DNA of 64,000 bases from Octopus vulgaris (Eukaryota): NCBI GenBank assembly GCA_951406725.2, contig OX597818.1:135842001-135906000 (forward strand), given 5' to 3'. This document shows, piece after piece, positions 12,337-27,589 of this stretch. Every line of letters starts with the position of its first letter. The stretch's first letter is position 1. A model generated the notes under the pieces. The model made no database searches and was not told the DNA's origin. It worked only from the letters and a program-made list of their open reading frames with translations. Both the position numbers and the translations under genes were made by a program.

Positions 12337-12979
12337 AACTTTGTATCCCTTTAATACTTCTTGTCTTTCTTCTGCATGTTCTGTTACTCTCATTTTCTTT
12401 CCTTGCAATGCTGTCTTTCTCATTTGCTTTTTCTGACTCTCTCTCCTTTTTACTTTCTACTGTTATTTTCCATTGCTTTCATTAAAAATAAGCTTACAAA
12501 GTTTTTCTTTGAGATACTTTCAGAATATTTGTGAACATTTTTACACTGTATCTATCATATCAAAATTACTGAGAAATTCTTTATTATAATTTATTATTAT
12601 AAATTTATTATATATTCTTTATTATAAATTTCACATATCTTTGCAGTTATGCACATGAGAGTAGTTTTGTAGAAGCAAACATCACATGTGGTAGCAAAAA
12701 CCACCTGGAGGATAACGCTTCTGCTTGTGTAAAAAATAAAGAAGGAACATTCTTCAAGTTTTCTACTCAAGGATGCCAGTAATTGCCTTCATTTTGGACA
12801 GGACTATGTGACAGTGCACAAGGTTATATGGGACTTTAAAAGTAATAGATACATAGATCAGTGGAGGCAAATTATTGAGGGACTTCTTTTAGTATTTCCC
12901 TTGCATTGCCCTTTTTATTTTTAGCAAGAATTTGCATTCAGCACATACATTGCATTATACAATAACAATCACATGTACT

Positions 12980-13009
<30 letters not shown>

Positions 13010-13011
<2 letters not shown>

Positions 13012-13414
13012 CTCTTTTACTTGTTTCAGTCATTTGACTGCGGCCATGCTGGAGCACCGCCTTTAGTCGAGCAAATCAGCCCCGGGACTTATTCTTTGTA
13101 AGCCCAGTACTTATTCTATCGGTCTCTTTTGCCGAACCGCTAAGTGACGGGGATGTAAACACACCAGCATTGGTTGTCAAGCAACGCTAGAGGGACAAAC
13201 ACAGACACACAAACATATACACACACATACATATATATATATATACATATATACGACAGGCTTCTTTCAGTTTCCGTCAACCAAATCCACTCACAAGGCT
13301 TTGGTCGGCCCTCTGCTATAGCAGAAGACACTTGCCCAAGATGCCACGCAGTGGGACTGAACCTGGAACCATGTGGTTGGTAAGCAAGCTACTTACCACA
13401 CAACCACTCCTGTG

Positions 13415-13417
<3 letters not shown>
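13010..13417 (-). mobile_element. SINE family A
   Basis: Full-length copy. Confidence 0.85.
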
Positions 13418-13450
<33 letters not shown>

Positions 13451-14299
13451 CATATAAATGTACACTAATGTATACAACATGTGACATATATTGGATGTAC
13501 ATGTATGCGTATCTTACCATTTATGATGTTTCTTCAAAGTTTTGAAAGAAAATTAGTTCATGAAATTGTAAGATCATAAAATATATTTTTCAAATTATGT
13601 TATGTCTTATATATGTATATGTTATACATATCTGTACAGTTTAGAATACCAGCATCAGTTCCTGGGAGGATGTGTCTGCTATGCATATTGTGCATATGAT
13701 CAATAATGACTTTATATCTTAAATTTATTCTGGTCAGCTAGGTGGTAAAATACATCAAGGGTCATGCTTGAAATTTTGTAGTTTAAATTGTTGAATGGGC
13801 ATGCAAGATATGAAGGTTTCTTTCCTAATATTCAAAAAGTTTGCTGTTGGAGATATGATGCATAATTTCCATGATACACAGGTTGCATCTGGTACCTTGC
13901 CCCTTATATTTGCTGACCTTAGCTATGATGCTTCAATTTATTTGGGAGTTGTTGCTCGGAGGGACGTAGAGGACGCGGATGGGATGAGGACGTGGGCGTG
14001 GGGCCTCGCCGTGTCTTTGTTCCTACTACTGCTCCTACTCCTCTGCTTCTGCTTGTCGGCGGGCTCCCTCCGCGAATTTAACCTTGTTTCTATTAAAGGT
14101 CTGTTGATATTTGTATATCAGAAATCATCTAGCTATATTTGTAGCCATGTTCATGCTGTATGGAGGATTATACCACAAAACTTTCCTACATCTGACTCTC
14201 TCATCTATACATACATTCATACATGCATACACGCATTCATACATGCACACATACACATGCATACATGTGCACACACACATGCATGCATGTGTATGCACT

Positions 14300-14574
14300 G
14301 CCAGCATCGCCTGGCCCCGTGCCGGTGACACGTAAAAGCACCATCCGTTCGTGGCCGTTCGCCAGCTCTGTCTGGCACCTGTGCAGGTGGCATGTAAAAA
14401 ACACCCACTACACTCGCGGAGTGGTTGGCGTTAGGAAGGGCATCCAGCCGTAGAAACACTGCCAGATCTGACTGGGCCTGACGAAGCCTTCCAGCTTCAC
14501 AGACCCCAGTTGACCCGTCCAACCCATGCTAGCATGGAAAACGGACGCTAAACGATGATGATGATGATGATGAT
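14300..14574 (+). mobile_element. Retroposon family C (V-domain-like motif, (GAT)n tail), 5'-truncated
   Basis: GTTGGCGTTAGGAAGGGCATCCAGC motif, ~60-bp internal GGCACGTAAAAAGCACC repeats, ...CGGACGYTAAACGATGATGAT tail. Confidence 0.75.
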
Positions 14575-14769
14575 TACGTAGGAAAGTCAGTTCTGTTGCA
14601 TTTTTGACATGATTCCCTTGATGGTATGTTTTCTGTACAGTAAAATAAGTATAAATTTTTTCTTTGCAAATTACTTTGTACTATAGTGGTTAAATTTGAC
14701 CACTTTTGCTTGGGAAATTTTTCTCTCACAGTTTCTCCTCAATCTGAAAGACTAAGTTATATCAAAATA

Positions 14770-15800
14770 TTGAGCTCCTGAAAACCATAGTTGGGGTAAA
14801 ATCCAAAGTAAACTGCACAAGAATTATCAAAACAGTCTAATTCAAGTCACACTTCAATCATTTTTATAACTGGAAGAAGTGTCTAAACTTGGTCGATGGG
14901 TCATTCATCATCTGGCTACTTTTCAGCTTAATCAAAACGATGCCTTCTGCTTGTCTTGAGTAGTCTTGCTATCAAAACTATGCTGGATAGAATCATTACA
15001 AATGATGAAAAGTGGGTTGTTTATAATTATATCCAATGAAAAGGGCAATAATTAGCACCCAATGAAAAGGGGGAACTCATCCTGAAACCAGGACTACACC
15101 CAAAAGAAGTTATACTCTGTGATTGGTGGGATACAATGAGTTGCCTTTTGTATTAACCCTTTCGTTACCGACCCGGCTGAAACCGGCTCTGGCTCTGAGT
15201 TCAAATGTCTTGTTTTCATAAGTTCTGAATTAAAATCTTCCACCAAACCTTAGTCACAATTTATGTTCCTAACACTAGCTGAATGATAACTAAGTTATTT
15301 TACTGAATTCTTTGTTATATTTAAAGTAATTGAAAGAAACACAGAGCATCTCAAAATAAATACAGTAACGAAAGGGTTAAACCAAGACAAAGTTAATTTG
15401 GAAAAGTATTGTTTTCAGTTGGTGGCATAGCACAAAACTTTGCAGAGAAAAGCACCCTCATGGGTCAAGCGTAAAAGGGTGTTGCTTATACATGATAATG
15501 CAAGACCATCTGTTGCTCAAGTAACCCAAGAAAAGATTATGACTCTAAACATGGAAGTTTTACCTCACACTACTTACTCTCTTGATCTTGCTCCAGCTGA
15601 CCATCATATTTTTTCTTTAGATCATTGCAACTTTATTTAGAGGGAAAACATTTTATTAATTTTGAAGAGGTTAAAAATGATATTGAGTGTTTCTATGCTT
15701 TGAAATCTAAAGAATTTTATGCCTGAAGGACTCAACAATTTGACAAATAGATGGGATAGAAGTCATCAGTAATGAAAGGAAATATTATCTTGACTAATTA
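14770..15800 (+). mobile_element. mariner (DD34D-type) transposase fossil
   Basis: SKLGRWVIHHL, LDRIITNDEKWVVY, GLHPKEVILCDWW, LIHDNARP, LPHTTYSLDLAPADHHIF with stops/frameshifts. Confidence 0.85.
15153..15380. mobile_element. TTAA-target (piggyBac-type) MITE nested in mariner fossil
   Basis: TTAA|CCCTTTCGTTAC...GTAACGAAAGGG|TTAA. Confidence 0.85.
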
Positions 15801-16003
15801 TATTAGTTAAGACCGTCATGAAATGCAACAAAATTTTTTTTTCTATTTATATATTCACACATACAAATATGTGTGTAAAATAGACATCCATGCATCATAT
15901 TTAATGCATATACACTGTTGACAGTTAGTTACTGCAATTTTTGTATCAGATAAAATCTCTTACTCTTACACAGTGCTGTCCTATATAGCGGGAGATTTAT
16001 CTT

Positions 16004-16368
16004 ATACTCTTTCTCTCTCTTTTACTCTTTTACTTGTTTCAGTCATTTGACTGCGGCCATGCTGGAGCACCGCCTTTAGTCGAGCAAATCGACCCCAGGA
16101 CTTATTCTTTGTAAGCCCAGTACTTATTCTATCAGTCTCTTTTGCCGAACCGCTAAGTGACGGGGACGTAAACAAACCAGCATTGGTTGTCAAGCAATGC
16201 TAGGGGGACAAACACAGACACACAAACATATACACACACATACATATATACGACAGGCTTCTTTCAGTTTCCGTCTACCAAATCCACTCACAAGGCATTG
16301 GTCGGCCCGGGGCTATAGCAGAAGACACTTGCCCAAGATGCCACGCAGTGGGACTGAACCCGGAACCG
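16004..16368 (-). mobile_element. SINE family A (head truncated)
   Basis: Identity to other copies. Confidence 0.8.
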
Positions 16369-16834
16369 TGTGTGTGCTGCGTTTAAAAATACTATGGAGA
16401 CATAAAATTGGCCCAGCAGTTGCTAGTGAGAATGCTAGATGCATTTCAGCATCGTCAATGACATGCTCACAGTTAACCACATGCCTAGACAAACTCTGTT
16501 ACCTCCAACAGCTGTTCACTATACCAATGATTCTTATCATTCACTGTTCCCTGGAGGAAACAAATCTTATCTCAGCCTGTGCTTGATTGTGAGTACATGT
16601 CATTAACAAGGTCCAAAATGGCTGAAATGCATCTGGTGACCTTGCCAGCTGCTGCTGCTGCTGGGACAATTTTTGTCTCCCTCTGATATGCATTGGGTTT
16701 TTAACACAGCATGTCCATAAGAGAGTTTGCAGTAATTCGCTTGTCAATGGTGTATATACATCAAGTATGATACATGGATGGTGGTTTTAATTTAATTCTG
16801 CTTCAGTTGTGTTCACCAGATTATTTACTGTATA

Positions 16835-17215
16835 TCTTTTATCCTTTACTTGTTTCAGTCATTTGACAGAAGTCATACCGGGGCGCCACCTTGAAAGGTT
16901 TTAGTCAAACAAATTGACCCCAGAACTTATTTTTTTAGGCCTGGTACTTATTTTATTGGTTCTCTTTTGCTGAACTTTTAAGTTATGGGGACGTAAACAC
17001 ACCAATTGTGAAGAGGTGGGGGTGAGGGACAAATACAGACACACACATATTATATATACAATGGGCTTCTTTCAGTTTCTATCTACCATATCCACTCACA
17101 AGGCTTTGTTCAACCTGAGGCTATAGTAGAAGACACTCTGCCCAAGGTGCCACACAATGGGACTGAACCCAGAACCATGTGGCTGGGAACCAAGTTTGTT
17201 ACTACATGACCACAG
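16835..17215 (-). mobile_element. Older, degenerate SINE family A
   Basis: Same layout with many substitutions. Confidence 0.7.
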
Positions 17216-17221
17216 TTATAA

Positions 17222-17255
<34 letters not shown>

Positions 17256-17345
17256 CACTCATAGTACTGCACTATTTGAGCATGAAATCTGAAACAGCTC
17301 ACATATAACTTGGGTATTTGTTAAATGACATAATATATATATATA

Positions 17346-17496
17346 TGTGTGGTAAGTAGCTTGCTTACCAACCACATGGTTCCGGGTTCAGTCCCACTGC
17401 GTGGCACCTTGGGCAAGTGTCTTCTACTATAGCCTCAAGCTGACCAAAGCCTTGTGAGTGGATTTGGTAGACGGAAACTGAAAGAAGCCTGTCGTG

Positions 17497-17535
<39 letters not shown>

Positions 17536-17740
17536 ATATGTTTGTCCCCCCAACATCGCTTGACAACCGATGCTGGTGTGTTTATGTACCCGTAACTTAG
17601 CGGTTCGGCAAAAGAGATCGATAGAATAAGTACTAGGCTTACAAAGAATAAGTCCTGGGGGGCGATTTCCTCGACTAAAGGCGGTGCTCCAGCATGGCCA
17701 TAGTCAAATGACTGAAACAAGTAAAAGAGTAAAAGAGAGT
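17346..17740 (+). mobile_element. SINE family A
   Basis: B-box, CORE-like motif, GTAAAAGA tail. Confidence 0.85.
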
Positions 17741-18105
17741 ATATATTGGATTGTCAGATAAATTTGTTCATTTTTTCCCCATTTATTCTGATCTTTTCCA
17801 GTGTTATTTGAATTAATGGGATAAACATTCTTATTGTAGTGATCTGTTTTTTTTTTAGCTCTCTTCTTCCTCTCCAACTTTTATGCATTGTTTTGAAATT
17901 TGAATTAAATTTACATCGTTTGAAACATATTTGTGTATGTGCGTCTTATATTGATGTTGGAAGGCAGCCACGATACAGCTAGAAATAAGAACAAATGTTT
18001 ACACTTTTAGCTCATATATTTCAATATTTTAGTCATAAAAGCTCCTAGTCATGAATGTGAAGTGAACTGACTAGGCCTTTTAGTAACTGTAATATCGATA
18101 TAAGA

Positions 18106-18307
18106 TTAACCCTTTAGCTTGAAACTGGCTGTATTTTTCCAGTTTTAATGTTCAAAATGGCCAGATCTAGCCTCTCACATCAACCATACAATATCATTCT
18201 AAAAAGTTATCTCATCAAGATCTCAAAGCCACATGGTAATGCATGATTAATTCAAAACAATGTGAACAAGCATTACTTTCGATAGAATGTGAATGCTAAA
18301 GGGTTAA
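18106..18307. mobile_element. TTAA-target MITE (CCCTTTAG family)
   Basis: TTAA|CCCTTTAG...CTAAAGGG|TTAA; related copies at 35440, 53804, 59888. Confidence 0.8.
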
Positions 18308-18408
18308 AGAGTAAATTTTTGTTCTTATTCCTGTACTTCTAACTCTATTGCTGTGGTTTTCTAAATCACTTGATTCTATTTGACAATGTTTCAAATAAAT
18401 TAATTTAT

Positions 18409-18655
18409 TCTACCGGTGGCATGTAAAAAGCACCATCCGATCGTGGCCGTTTGCCAGCCTCGTCTGGGACCTGTGCCGGTGGCACGTAAAAAGCACCCAC
18501 TACACTCATGGAGTGGTTGGCGTTAGGAAGGGCATCCAGCCGTAGAAACATTGCCAGATCAGACTGGGCCTGGCGCAGCCTTCTGGCTTCCCAGTCCCCT
18601 GTTGAACCATCTGACCCATGCCAGCATGGAAAGCGAACGCTAAATGATGATGATG
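18409..18655 (+). mobile_element. Retroposon family C, 5'-truncated
   Basis: Same motifs and (GAT)n tail. Confidence 0.75.
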
Positions 18656-18832
18656 AATACATATATTAAATGACATCTATTCTTCATTACCAATTACTTA
18701 ATGTAAATTTTAGCATGTTTTGCTTGATAAAATGTTATTTCCAAGTTTTCTATCATTCCTCAGATGTGGTTGAAGATTATCTGTTATTCCGAGTTTCTAC
18801 ATCACAACAAAGGAAACAACTTAACACTCTAA

Positions 18833-19212
18833 TCTATATAGATAAAGCTGAAGTTGTCTGTGTGTGGCAGGTTTGGTAGTCTTCAACTAACACTATCTCC
18901 TCCGAGACCCTGCGGCGCAAGTTGTCCAAAATTGAAAGTATGATAGAAGAAGGCTTGCTCTTCATTCCGTAGCAGATAAAATTCAAATTGGACCATGTTA
19001 AGACCAAAAATTATTTACATCAAAAAGGTGCTTTTTTTCTATGAAAATCCCTATTTTTTACGACTTTTTGACTGCTGTGTCGCCATTTTTCAGCGTATTT
19101 CAACCAGAAAAATGTTCACTTAAAGAGAATAACAAGCTACATAATGCGAAATTTTTACTTTTCAAAAATTCCAATTCTAAAGGGTCAAAACAAACCCGAG
19201 CAATACTGCTGG
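18833..19212 (+). mobile_element. Non-autonomous Helitron, second family
   Basis: A|TCTATATAGATAAAG start; ends AAACCCGAGCAATACTGCTGG|T, homologous to the 3' end of the other Helitrons. Confidence 0.65.
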
Positions 19213-19709
19213 TATATTTTAATACTGGATCTCATAATATATTGTCTGTTGCTCTGAAATCTACCTTTTACATGTAATACCAGAGACACCATATAACTGA
19301 GTACAGAGGAATTTAAGTGAAGTACAGTCCGCTGTCACTCTTGAGCAAATATAGCTTGTTAGTATAGAGCTCTCTCCCACCATTCTTAGTATACTTACCC
19401 TTGATTCAATAGATCAACAGTAAGGGAGCAGTCAAAGATGTGGCAGCTGGAAGGAGAGAGGGCTGTACCAACATGTGGCTGGTACAGCTGGAAGGAGAGA
19501 GGGCTGTACCAACATGTGGCTGGTACAACTCTCTCTCTCTGAGTAGATTGGAGCACTATGAAATGATGTGCTGTGCTCAAAGACACAAAATACTGCCTAG
19601 TCTGGGATTTGATCTCATGGCATTATGATCATGAGTTGAGCACCCTAACCACTAGAATATGTTGCTTCATGCAGGGGGATTAATAATACTAATTTTTACT
19701 TGTAATAGC

Positions 19710-20115
19710 TATTTCTTTACTACCCACAAGGGGCTAAACACAGAGGGGACAAACAAACGGATTAAGTCGATTACATGGACCCCAGTGCGTAACTGGTACT
19801 TAATTTATCGACCCCGAAAGGATGAAAGGCAAAGTCAACCTCGGCGGAATTTGAACTCAGAACGTAACGGCAGACGAAATACCTATTTCATTACTACCCA
19901 CAAGGGGCTAAACACAGAGGGGACAAACAAGGACAGACAAACGGAGTAAGTCGATTATATTGACCCCAGTGCGTAACTGGTACTTAATTTATCGACCCCG
20001 AAAGGATGAAAGGCAAAGTCAACCTCGGCGGAATTTGAACTCAGAACGTAACGGCAGACGAAATACCGCTAAACATTTCGCCCAGCGTGCTAACGTTTCT
20101 GCCAGCTCGCTGCCT
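19710..20115 (-). mobile_element. SINE family D with internal tandem duplication
   Basis: ~175-bp segment present twice; TSD ttttacttgtaatagc on both sides; B-box GAGTTCAAATTCC. Confidence 0.85.
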
Positions 20116-20242
20116 ATATAAACTTTTACTTGTAATAGCAGACAACTGTCAGGTAGGTTTAGTAATAAAAGTGTTAGTGAGAGAATAAAGAGGAACTAGA
20201 GACGACAAAAAAGAGTCAATGTGTGTTTTCATCAAATGTTGT

Positions 20243-20248
20243 TTTATT
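20243..20248 (-). promoter_or_regulatory. Candidate polyadenylation signal AATAAA
   Basis: Minus strand acAATAAAac followed ~25 nt later by tcttttttgtcgtctct; sits at the boundary where SINEs resume. Confidence 0.4.
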
Positions 20249-20625
20249 GTAGATGAAAAGGAATGTTGACTTTGGATTTATTGATATCCAGCATAAGACC
20301 ATCAGTTTGTAACAAATCAATATAAGAAATACCAAGTCACTTCTCTCTTGTGCTAACTTAAGTGATTGTGTTCAACAAACAAGACAGTAGTGAAAAAAAA
20401 AAAATTACAGTGTTTATAAAGAATAAAGCTTTTCAAAAATGTGTATTTAGGTGGGTAGAAAGTGGGAAAAAAAAAAAAGAAGCAAAATTTAAATATAAAA
20501 AGGAACTCATAAATCTTTTAAGAATAAGAAAAATATATAAACTTTTGGTTCTTCATTACACTGAAATTCGAAGCAATCATATACAGAAAGATAAGTAGAT
20601 AGCTACTGAGGATTATTTATTTATT

Positions 20626-20660
<35 letters not shown>

Positions 20661-20699
20661 GAGAAACTGAGAAGTCTTTATAGGATGGCCTCTGAATAG

Positions 20700-20732
<33 letters not shown>

Positions 20733-22336
20733 CTGGTGTTATTATTATTATTATTATTATTTTTTTGTTTTTGTTTTTGTTTTTAATAATCTGTAACCAC
20801 TTTTATTTTTGGGTTGAATGGAAAAAAAAAAAGGTTAATATTGACTTATGAAATGAGCGAGAAGGCCACAGAATGTCGGGGTAAAGCAGCGGTATTGAAA
20901 TAATAATAATCAACTGGATGCCAATGTACAAAAGAGCAGCACTTAATGCAACAAATAACACCAATACTATATATTACAAATGTCTATTATGATGCTTCAT
21001 TTGCTCCCCCTTTTCTTTTTCCTCAGCATCCTTTTCCACTATGCCGCTACACAAACAGCAAGAAACATAAAAATAAAAAACCACACAGGACCTTAAAAAT
21101 AAGAAGATCCACACTCCAACATTTCGTCCATTGCTGGGCCCAGGTGGAGAGCACATAAATGGCTTCTGAAAGTTTTTATTCAACAATTTATTTTTGAATT
21201 TACACTTATCTCCAGATACTATGAAAATAGTGAGATCACTTTGCCACCAGTCCATATATATATATATATATATGTACGTATGCATATATATGTGTGTTTA
21301 TATGTGTACATAATATAAACATACACATATATATCTTTATATTATATACACATATGTATATAAATATATGCACAGACACATAGATATTGAGATAGACAGA
21401 CAGACACATGCACACACACCTACACACCTGCCTTCTATAGTGTAATAAAGAGACAACACTCACTAACAAATACATTTACACACAGACATACTTGTCATTT
21501 TGCATTCTTGAATTAGAGGGTTTGCGAGCTGCAAACAAATATATGTATGTATATATATATATATGATGCATACCATTGTGTATATACGTACATATGAATA
21601 CATAAACTCCAAACTCCTACATGTTGACACAAATATGAAAGGAGAATAATAAAACTAACAAAAACAAAAGAACCCCTAAAATTTACTGACACCAGCCCAA
21701 ACAGGGACTCATTTGAGTCACTGTTGAAAATTTCTACTTCTTTTCAGACATGACAGATGAAGCTAGAAGCTGTGTGAGATACAATACTTTTTGTACAAAG
21801 GATGACAGTACATATATCTATTTAGACTTGGGAGCTAAAATGATAGAGATATTGAATTATTATTAAATACTTGCATTTATTTTGCATTTGACATTTCTGG
21901 ATATTTTGTCCAACAGTTTTAAATTGGCTTTGATAAGTATAATTAACCAGGTACTATTGCTTCAGAATTCCTATTTTGCATGTGTGAGAATGTGAGAGAG
22001 AGGGAGGGAGATAGAAATTTCTTCAAGACAAACTGTCTGAAATTTCCTGAGAGAACAACAGTGTGCTGTTTGACTTAGTCAATAGATTTTAGAGAATTTC
22101 TTGAGATCTCTCAAGGAGTAAATTATATATTCTTTAAACCACAGCTTCTTTTTAAAATCTTGGAACTAAATTTTTGGAATAATAAATAATCTTTGCATAA
22201 AATATATTTAAAAAAAAAAACGAAGCATAAAACATAGTAGAATCAGTTTTAATGCTCATGTAATAGCAATAGCATCGATGGGTAAAATAGTGAACTTTAT
22301 CTCCAACTATAAACAAGGCAAAGCAAATCAAACAAT

Positions 22337-22693
<357 letters not shown>

Positions 22694-23697
22694 GAGTAAT
22701 CTGTTTGGTAATTTCTGAGAGTGTTATCAACAATTTATCGATAATTTCAATAACTTTAAAACGTTCAACTAATAATAAACGAAGGGCTGTTTTAACAATA
22801 AACTACAGCTTTTAACAAAAATATATATTTCTTTGAAATGAAGATTTTTTTTTTTTGTTTTTTACTGAGCTCAGTTTCAGCAAGCAAACTATAACTTGGA
22901 ATTTTCTGCAACATGAAATTAAATGCAGAAACAAAATAATAGAAAAAAAAAAATGTTTAGAAAAGCATTAAATTTTAATTGTCTTTATAATTAATTATGT
23001 TATGCATAGTAAAATAGAATATATACATACATATGCATGTACACCTACACATTTACTCACACATGTGCATATATAAACATATCCACACACACACACATAT
23101 ACAAGTATGTATATATATATATATACATTCATACATACATACAAATATATATATATATACATATACGTACACATATGTATATATAAATAATGGTGGCACT
23201 AATAAGAGTAGCTGGATAATAATATGTCAATCATGAAGAACTGTCTTCTTTAATAGTGGTAAATGAAAAGGAAGGAATTATTTAAGACAAAAATCTTGTA
23301 CTTTAAATACCCCTTATATATTAACTCAATGAAATATTAACAGCCAAGCAAATATGTTGGCAAAACAAATAAACCAAGAAACAAGGTAATTTCAGTAGTA
23401 TAGGTATAATATTAATAATAATTATTATTAATAATAATAATGAAGATGATGATAATAATAATAATAATAATAATAATGATAATAATAATTGTTTCTAATT
23501 TAGGCACAAGGCCAACAATTTTTGAGGTGAGATGGTCAGTCAATACCACTGACCCCAGTACTTGACTGGTATTTATATTTTATCAACCCTGAAAGGCAAA
23601 GATGACCTTGACAGGGCTTGAATTTAGAAAGTAGAAGACTGTAAGGTAGTATTTTCTCCAACATTCTAACAATTCTGCCATGCATCACACTGGATGA

Positions 23698-23707
23698 TGA
23701 TAATAAT

Positions 23708-23795
<88 letters not shown>
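23698..23795. repeat. (AAT)n microsatellite
   Basis: Directly visible. Confidence 0.95.
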
Positions 23796-23797
<2 letters not shown>

Positions 23798-26699
23798 AAA
23801 TTAAAATATCACTGCTGTCATTTGGAGGGAAGTATACACAATAAAAATACAGTTAAAAGAATAGTTTTAAAAATAAACCGAATGAAATGCTGGCAAGATT
23901 ATTATTGTTATTGTTATTATTATTATTACTAATTTTTTTAGTGGTTTGTTTTCTTAGGCCAGTAACAGCAGTGAGAACAACAAAATATAAGCTGTAGACA
24001 CTGGATTAATTAAATATGATAAATGACATACAGATTTAAGTAATTTCCTTTTACATTAATTGTTTTGTAATAGGAAAGTAAATTTATGCTATGAAAAAAA
24101 TTGAACTGGGAAAATAAGTAAATTTAGAAATGAAAGAGCAAAAATAAACAACATGGATTTATTCTAGGAGAGACAAGAGAAATTATAGATGAAGTGTGGT
24201 GTGTAGTAGTAGTAGTTGTTAAATTATTATCAACTGACAAGAAGAGTTCAGGAGCATATTGCGGTAATGTGCCATATTACGTTTGTCTAATGCTAACAGA
24301 AGGATAATCAGTCAACAGCTTTCAATGACTAGAATTCTTGAAGGGGAATGGACACATATTTGTTTCAGTAAATTTAGTATTACCATAAGCTATAGACATC
24401 AAATGAAATTCCAAATTGATTTTTGGAATTAATATTAAAAAAAATAAAACAAAAACAAACAAAAAACTTCTTGTTGAGGTTATAATTCCAGGTAAAAACC
24501 ATGCCAGGTGTAAAATAAAAAAAACAAAAAAAAAACAAAAATAAGACATTTAAATGTTCCCTTTTTAATTTTTATTGTTATTATGTTTTTTTTTTAATTA
24601 AAAAATGAATGTAACTTTTATTTTTCTGCTCATTTTGCAACGAAGAAAGAAACTTTGTTTTAACGAAAAAATTCAAGGAAAAAAAACTGAAAAGAAAAAA
24701 CCTTTAAAAAAGCCAAAGGCTTTTTTAGTAATAATAAATTGACTAGAACATGTTGATTGCACATTTTGGAGAAGTTCTATAGGAGGCAGTTAATACATAT
24801 AAAGCAATGATGAAATAATCCAAATTAACATCATTTTTTAGTCTTTGAATCACACTCAAAGCCTGACTATGAACATCATTTTTCAGTACTAGAATGATTT
24901 TGTGTGTTTGTTGTCCATTTTGTAAAGGATAATCATAAATCCATTTAGTTGAGGAGTGGACTAATTCAGTATTACTGAGTTGATCTAATTACAGATTTCA
25001 GTTATAATTAAGTGATGTTTTAGTTGCATTAAAGCTTGCATGGAAGGAAATTATTGGTAGAGTTGATAGGAAACCAACATTAAGTAGTTTTTAAGGTGAA
25101 CAAGCTTCAACATTTAAGACATGTACCATAGTTGATAAGACTCATACGTACAGCATTGCATGAATATGCAGTCAGATACACAGGCATACAGTAGAATACA
25201 TTATTTATCAAGTATAGATCTACATTCACTTGATGCATATTTACAAACACCCATGCACAATGACACCCTCACAAAGAGCTGTAATATCAAAGAACTAATG
25301 TTATCAAAATGGAGTCAACCACAGAAAAAGCTTCAAATTGACTTGGTTTGCCACAAATGGCCAAAGTTGGTCTAGTGGTACTATATATTTCCTTTGCCTA
25401 TTACATTGAATGAAGAAGGAAAAACACACAGCAATGATCCATGTGTCAGAGTGGAAGCTTTCATCTAATGTGTTGTAATAATAAAGCTATGAAATTTATT
25501 TCACAGAGAAGAACAATTAATGTAAAATTAGCTCCAAAGCAGAAGGGATCCATCGACAGGTTTGTGTAGACATAGAAGAATAAAAGCTGAGTAAAACTAT
25601 TAATTTTCACTGAACAATTGTTTAGGCATTGTACCATCATCAATGTTAATAATAATAATAATGATAATGATGATAATGATAAAATAATAATAATAATAGT
25701 AGTAATAATGATATAGTAATTCTTTGAAGAATAAATAAAAGTTCAGAAGCTTCAAAAGAGTTAGTAAAGAAAGTTCTGAAATTTTGTAAATTATTTATAT
25801 TCAAGAATGTAGGAGATAGAATAGAAAGGAGGTAAAAATCAAAATATGAACTTTCCATGGCAAATAAATGTTAAATTGCCACAGACAGTCGATATATTTT
25901 AGTTTAACTACAGAGAACTAAAGAGTTAATATTTATGGTACTATAATATCATCAATGATGATGATATTATTATTATTATTATTCTCCTCCTCCTCATCAT
26001 CATCATTATTCAGTACTATCTATGACAGCACACTTTAACATCAACAGAAAATTACACAAGAACACAAAGAAAATCCTCAAATAATTCCAACTAAGAATGA
26101 AACCAAATAAATCGGTCAAGTCCAAGAGATTATATCACAGAATCAGTGGTCTAAACCTTGAGTTTTAGATCTTATATATTAATACTAAAGCAGATGAAAC
26201 AGAAATATACCAGAATTAGGAAAGAATATGAAAAGTTTCATAAAACTTAACAAGTTCAAACATATGCACAAATTTTGTTCTTTAATTCAAATTGAATTTG
26301 TGTGTGTGTGTGTGTGTATGTGTGCGCATGAGTGTGTCCTTCAAAATAGCAAAGTAACGGATAAAGAACTTGGATTATGTTAAAACGATCGTCAATAAAA
26401 TAATAAAAATCTGAGGTTATGTGTAAGACTGTATGAAGTGTGTGTCTGTATATGTGAGTGTATTTCAACAACTTACAAACAATTGTAGAAACAAACAAAA
26501 AGGAAGGTGACTGAAGGATACTATTAAATAAATTTTGCATTAGTAAAAATATAAGAGCGGGGGAAATGAAGAAAAAAATGTAAACAAAGAGGTATGAAGG
26601 AAAGCAGATGGGGAATTTTACTAAAACAAAATGCGAAGATTACAGTTTCTGGCAGTGGTGTATAAGCAACAGAGAGAACTGAAAAGAATGCATATGTAT

Positions 26700-26709
26700 G
26701 TGTGGATAC

Positions 26710-26761
<52 letters not shown>

Positions 26762-26932
26762 AGGAAACAATTTTTAATGAAATGGGAAAACTTAAATGGA
26801 TAAAAAGGAATGTTGCTGAGAGAGGTGCATAAAGATCCACCAAGGATTGTAGTGATGGAATACACATGTACATACACACACATTATATACAATACATACA
26901 TACACACATATAACATGTACATATATATGCAG

Positions 26933-26977
<45 letters not shown>

Positions 26978-26989
26978 TACATACATACA

Positions 26990-27036
<47 letters not shown>

Positions 27037-27310
27037 TCGCAGGTCATAAAGAAAAGTGATTGAAGTGGCGGTGGCAATAGGGGGGGAGGGTGGTTTGTAA
27101 AGGCTTTAGCAAAGATGGCGGCAACAAGCTGCAACAGCACTGAATGCAATGGTATTCCTATATCAACTACTAAAGTGTGGGACAATTTCAGGTATCAAGC
27201 AGTGAAAATATTTTCAGAAATATTTTTTGACAATAAATAGAATGAAGAATAAACTTCCATTTAAAAAAAAAATTTTACTTACTTTCTTTTTTGTTTGCTT
27301 GGTATTTTTT

Positions 27311-27376
<66 letters not shown>

Positions 27377-27447
27377 TTTTTATTGTCACTAATTTACTTT
27401 CAAAGGAAGGATAAACTTTAAAAAAATATTAAAATAACGAATAAGTC

Positions 27448-27526
<79 letters not shown>

Positions 27527-27542
27527 ATATATACATACATAC

Positions 27543-27589
<47 letters not shown>

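Noticed and set aside
13795-14328. 177-aa ORF with a leucine-rich hydrophobic stretch
   Set aside because: Chimeric over AT-rich DNA, the GC patch, a microsatellite and a family C repeat; no coherent protein.
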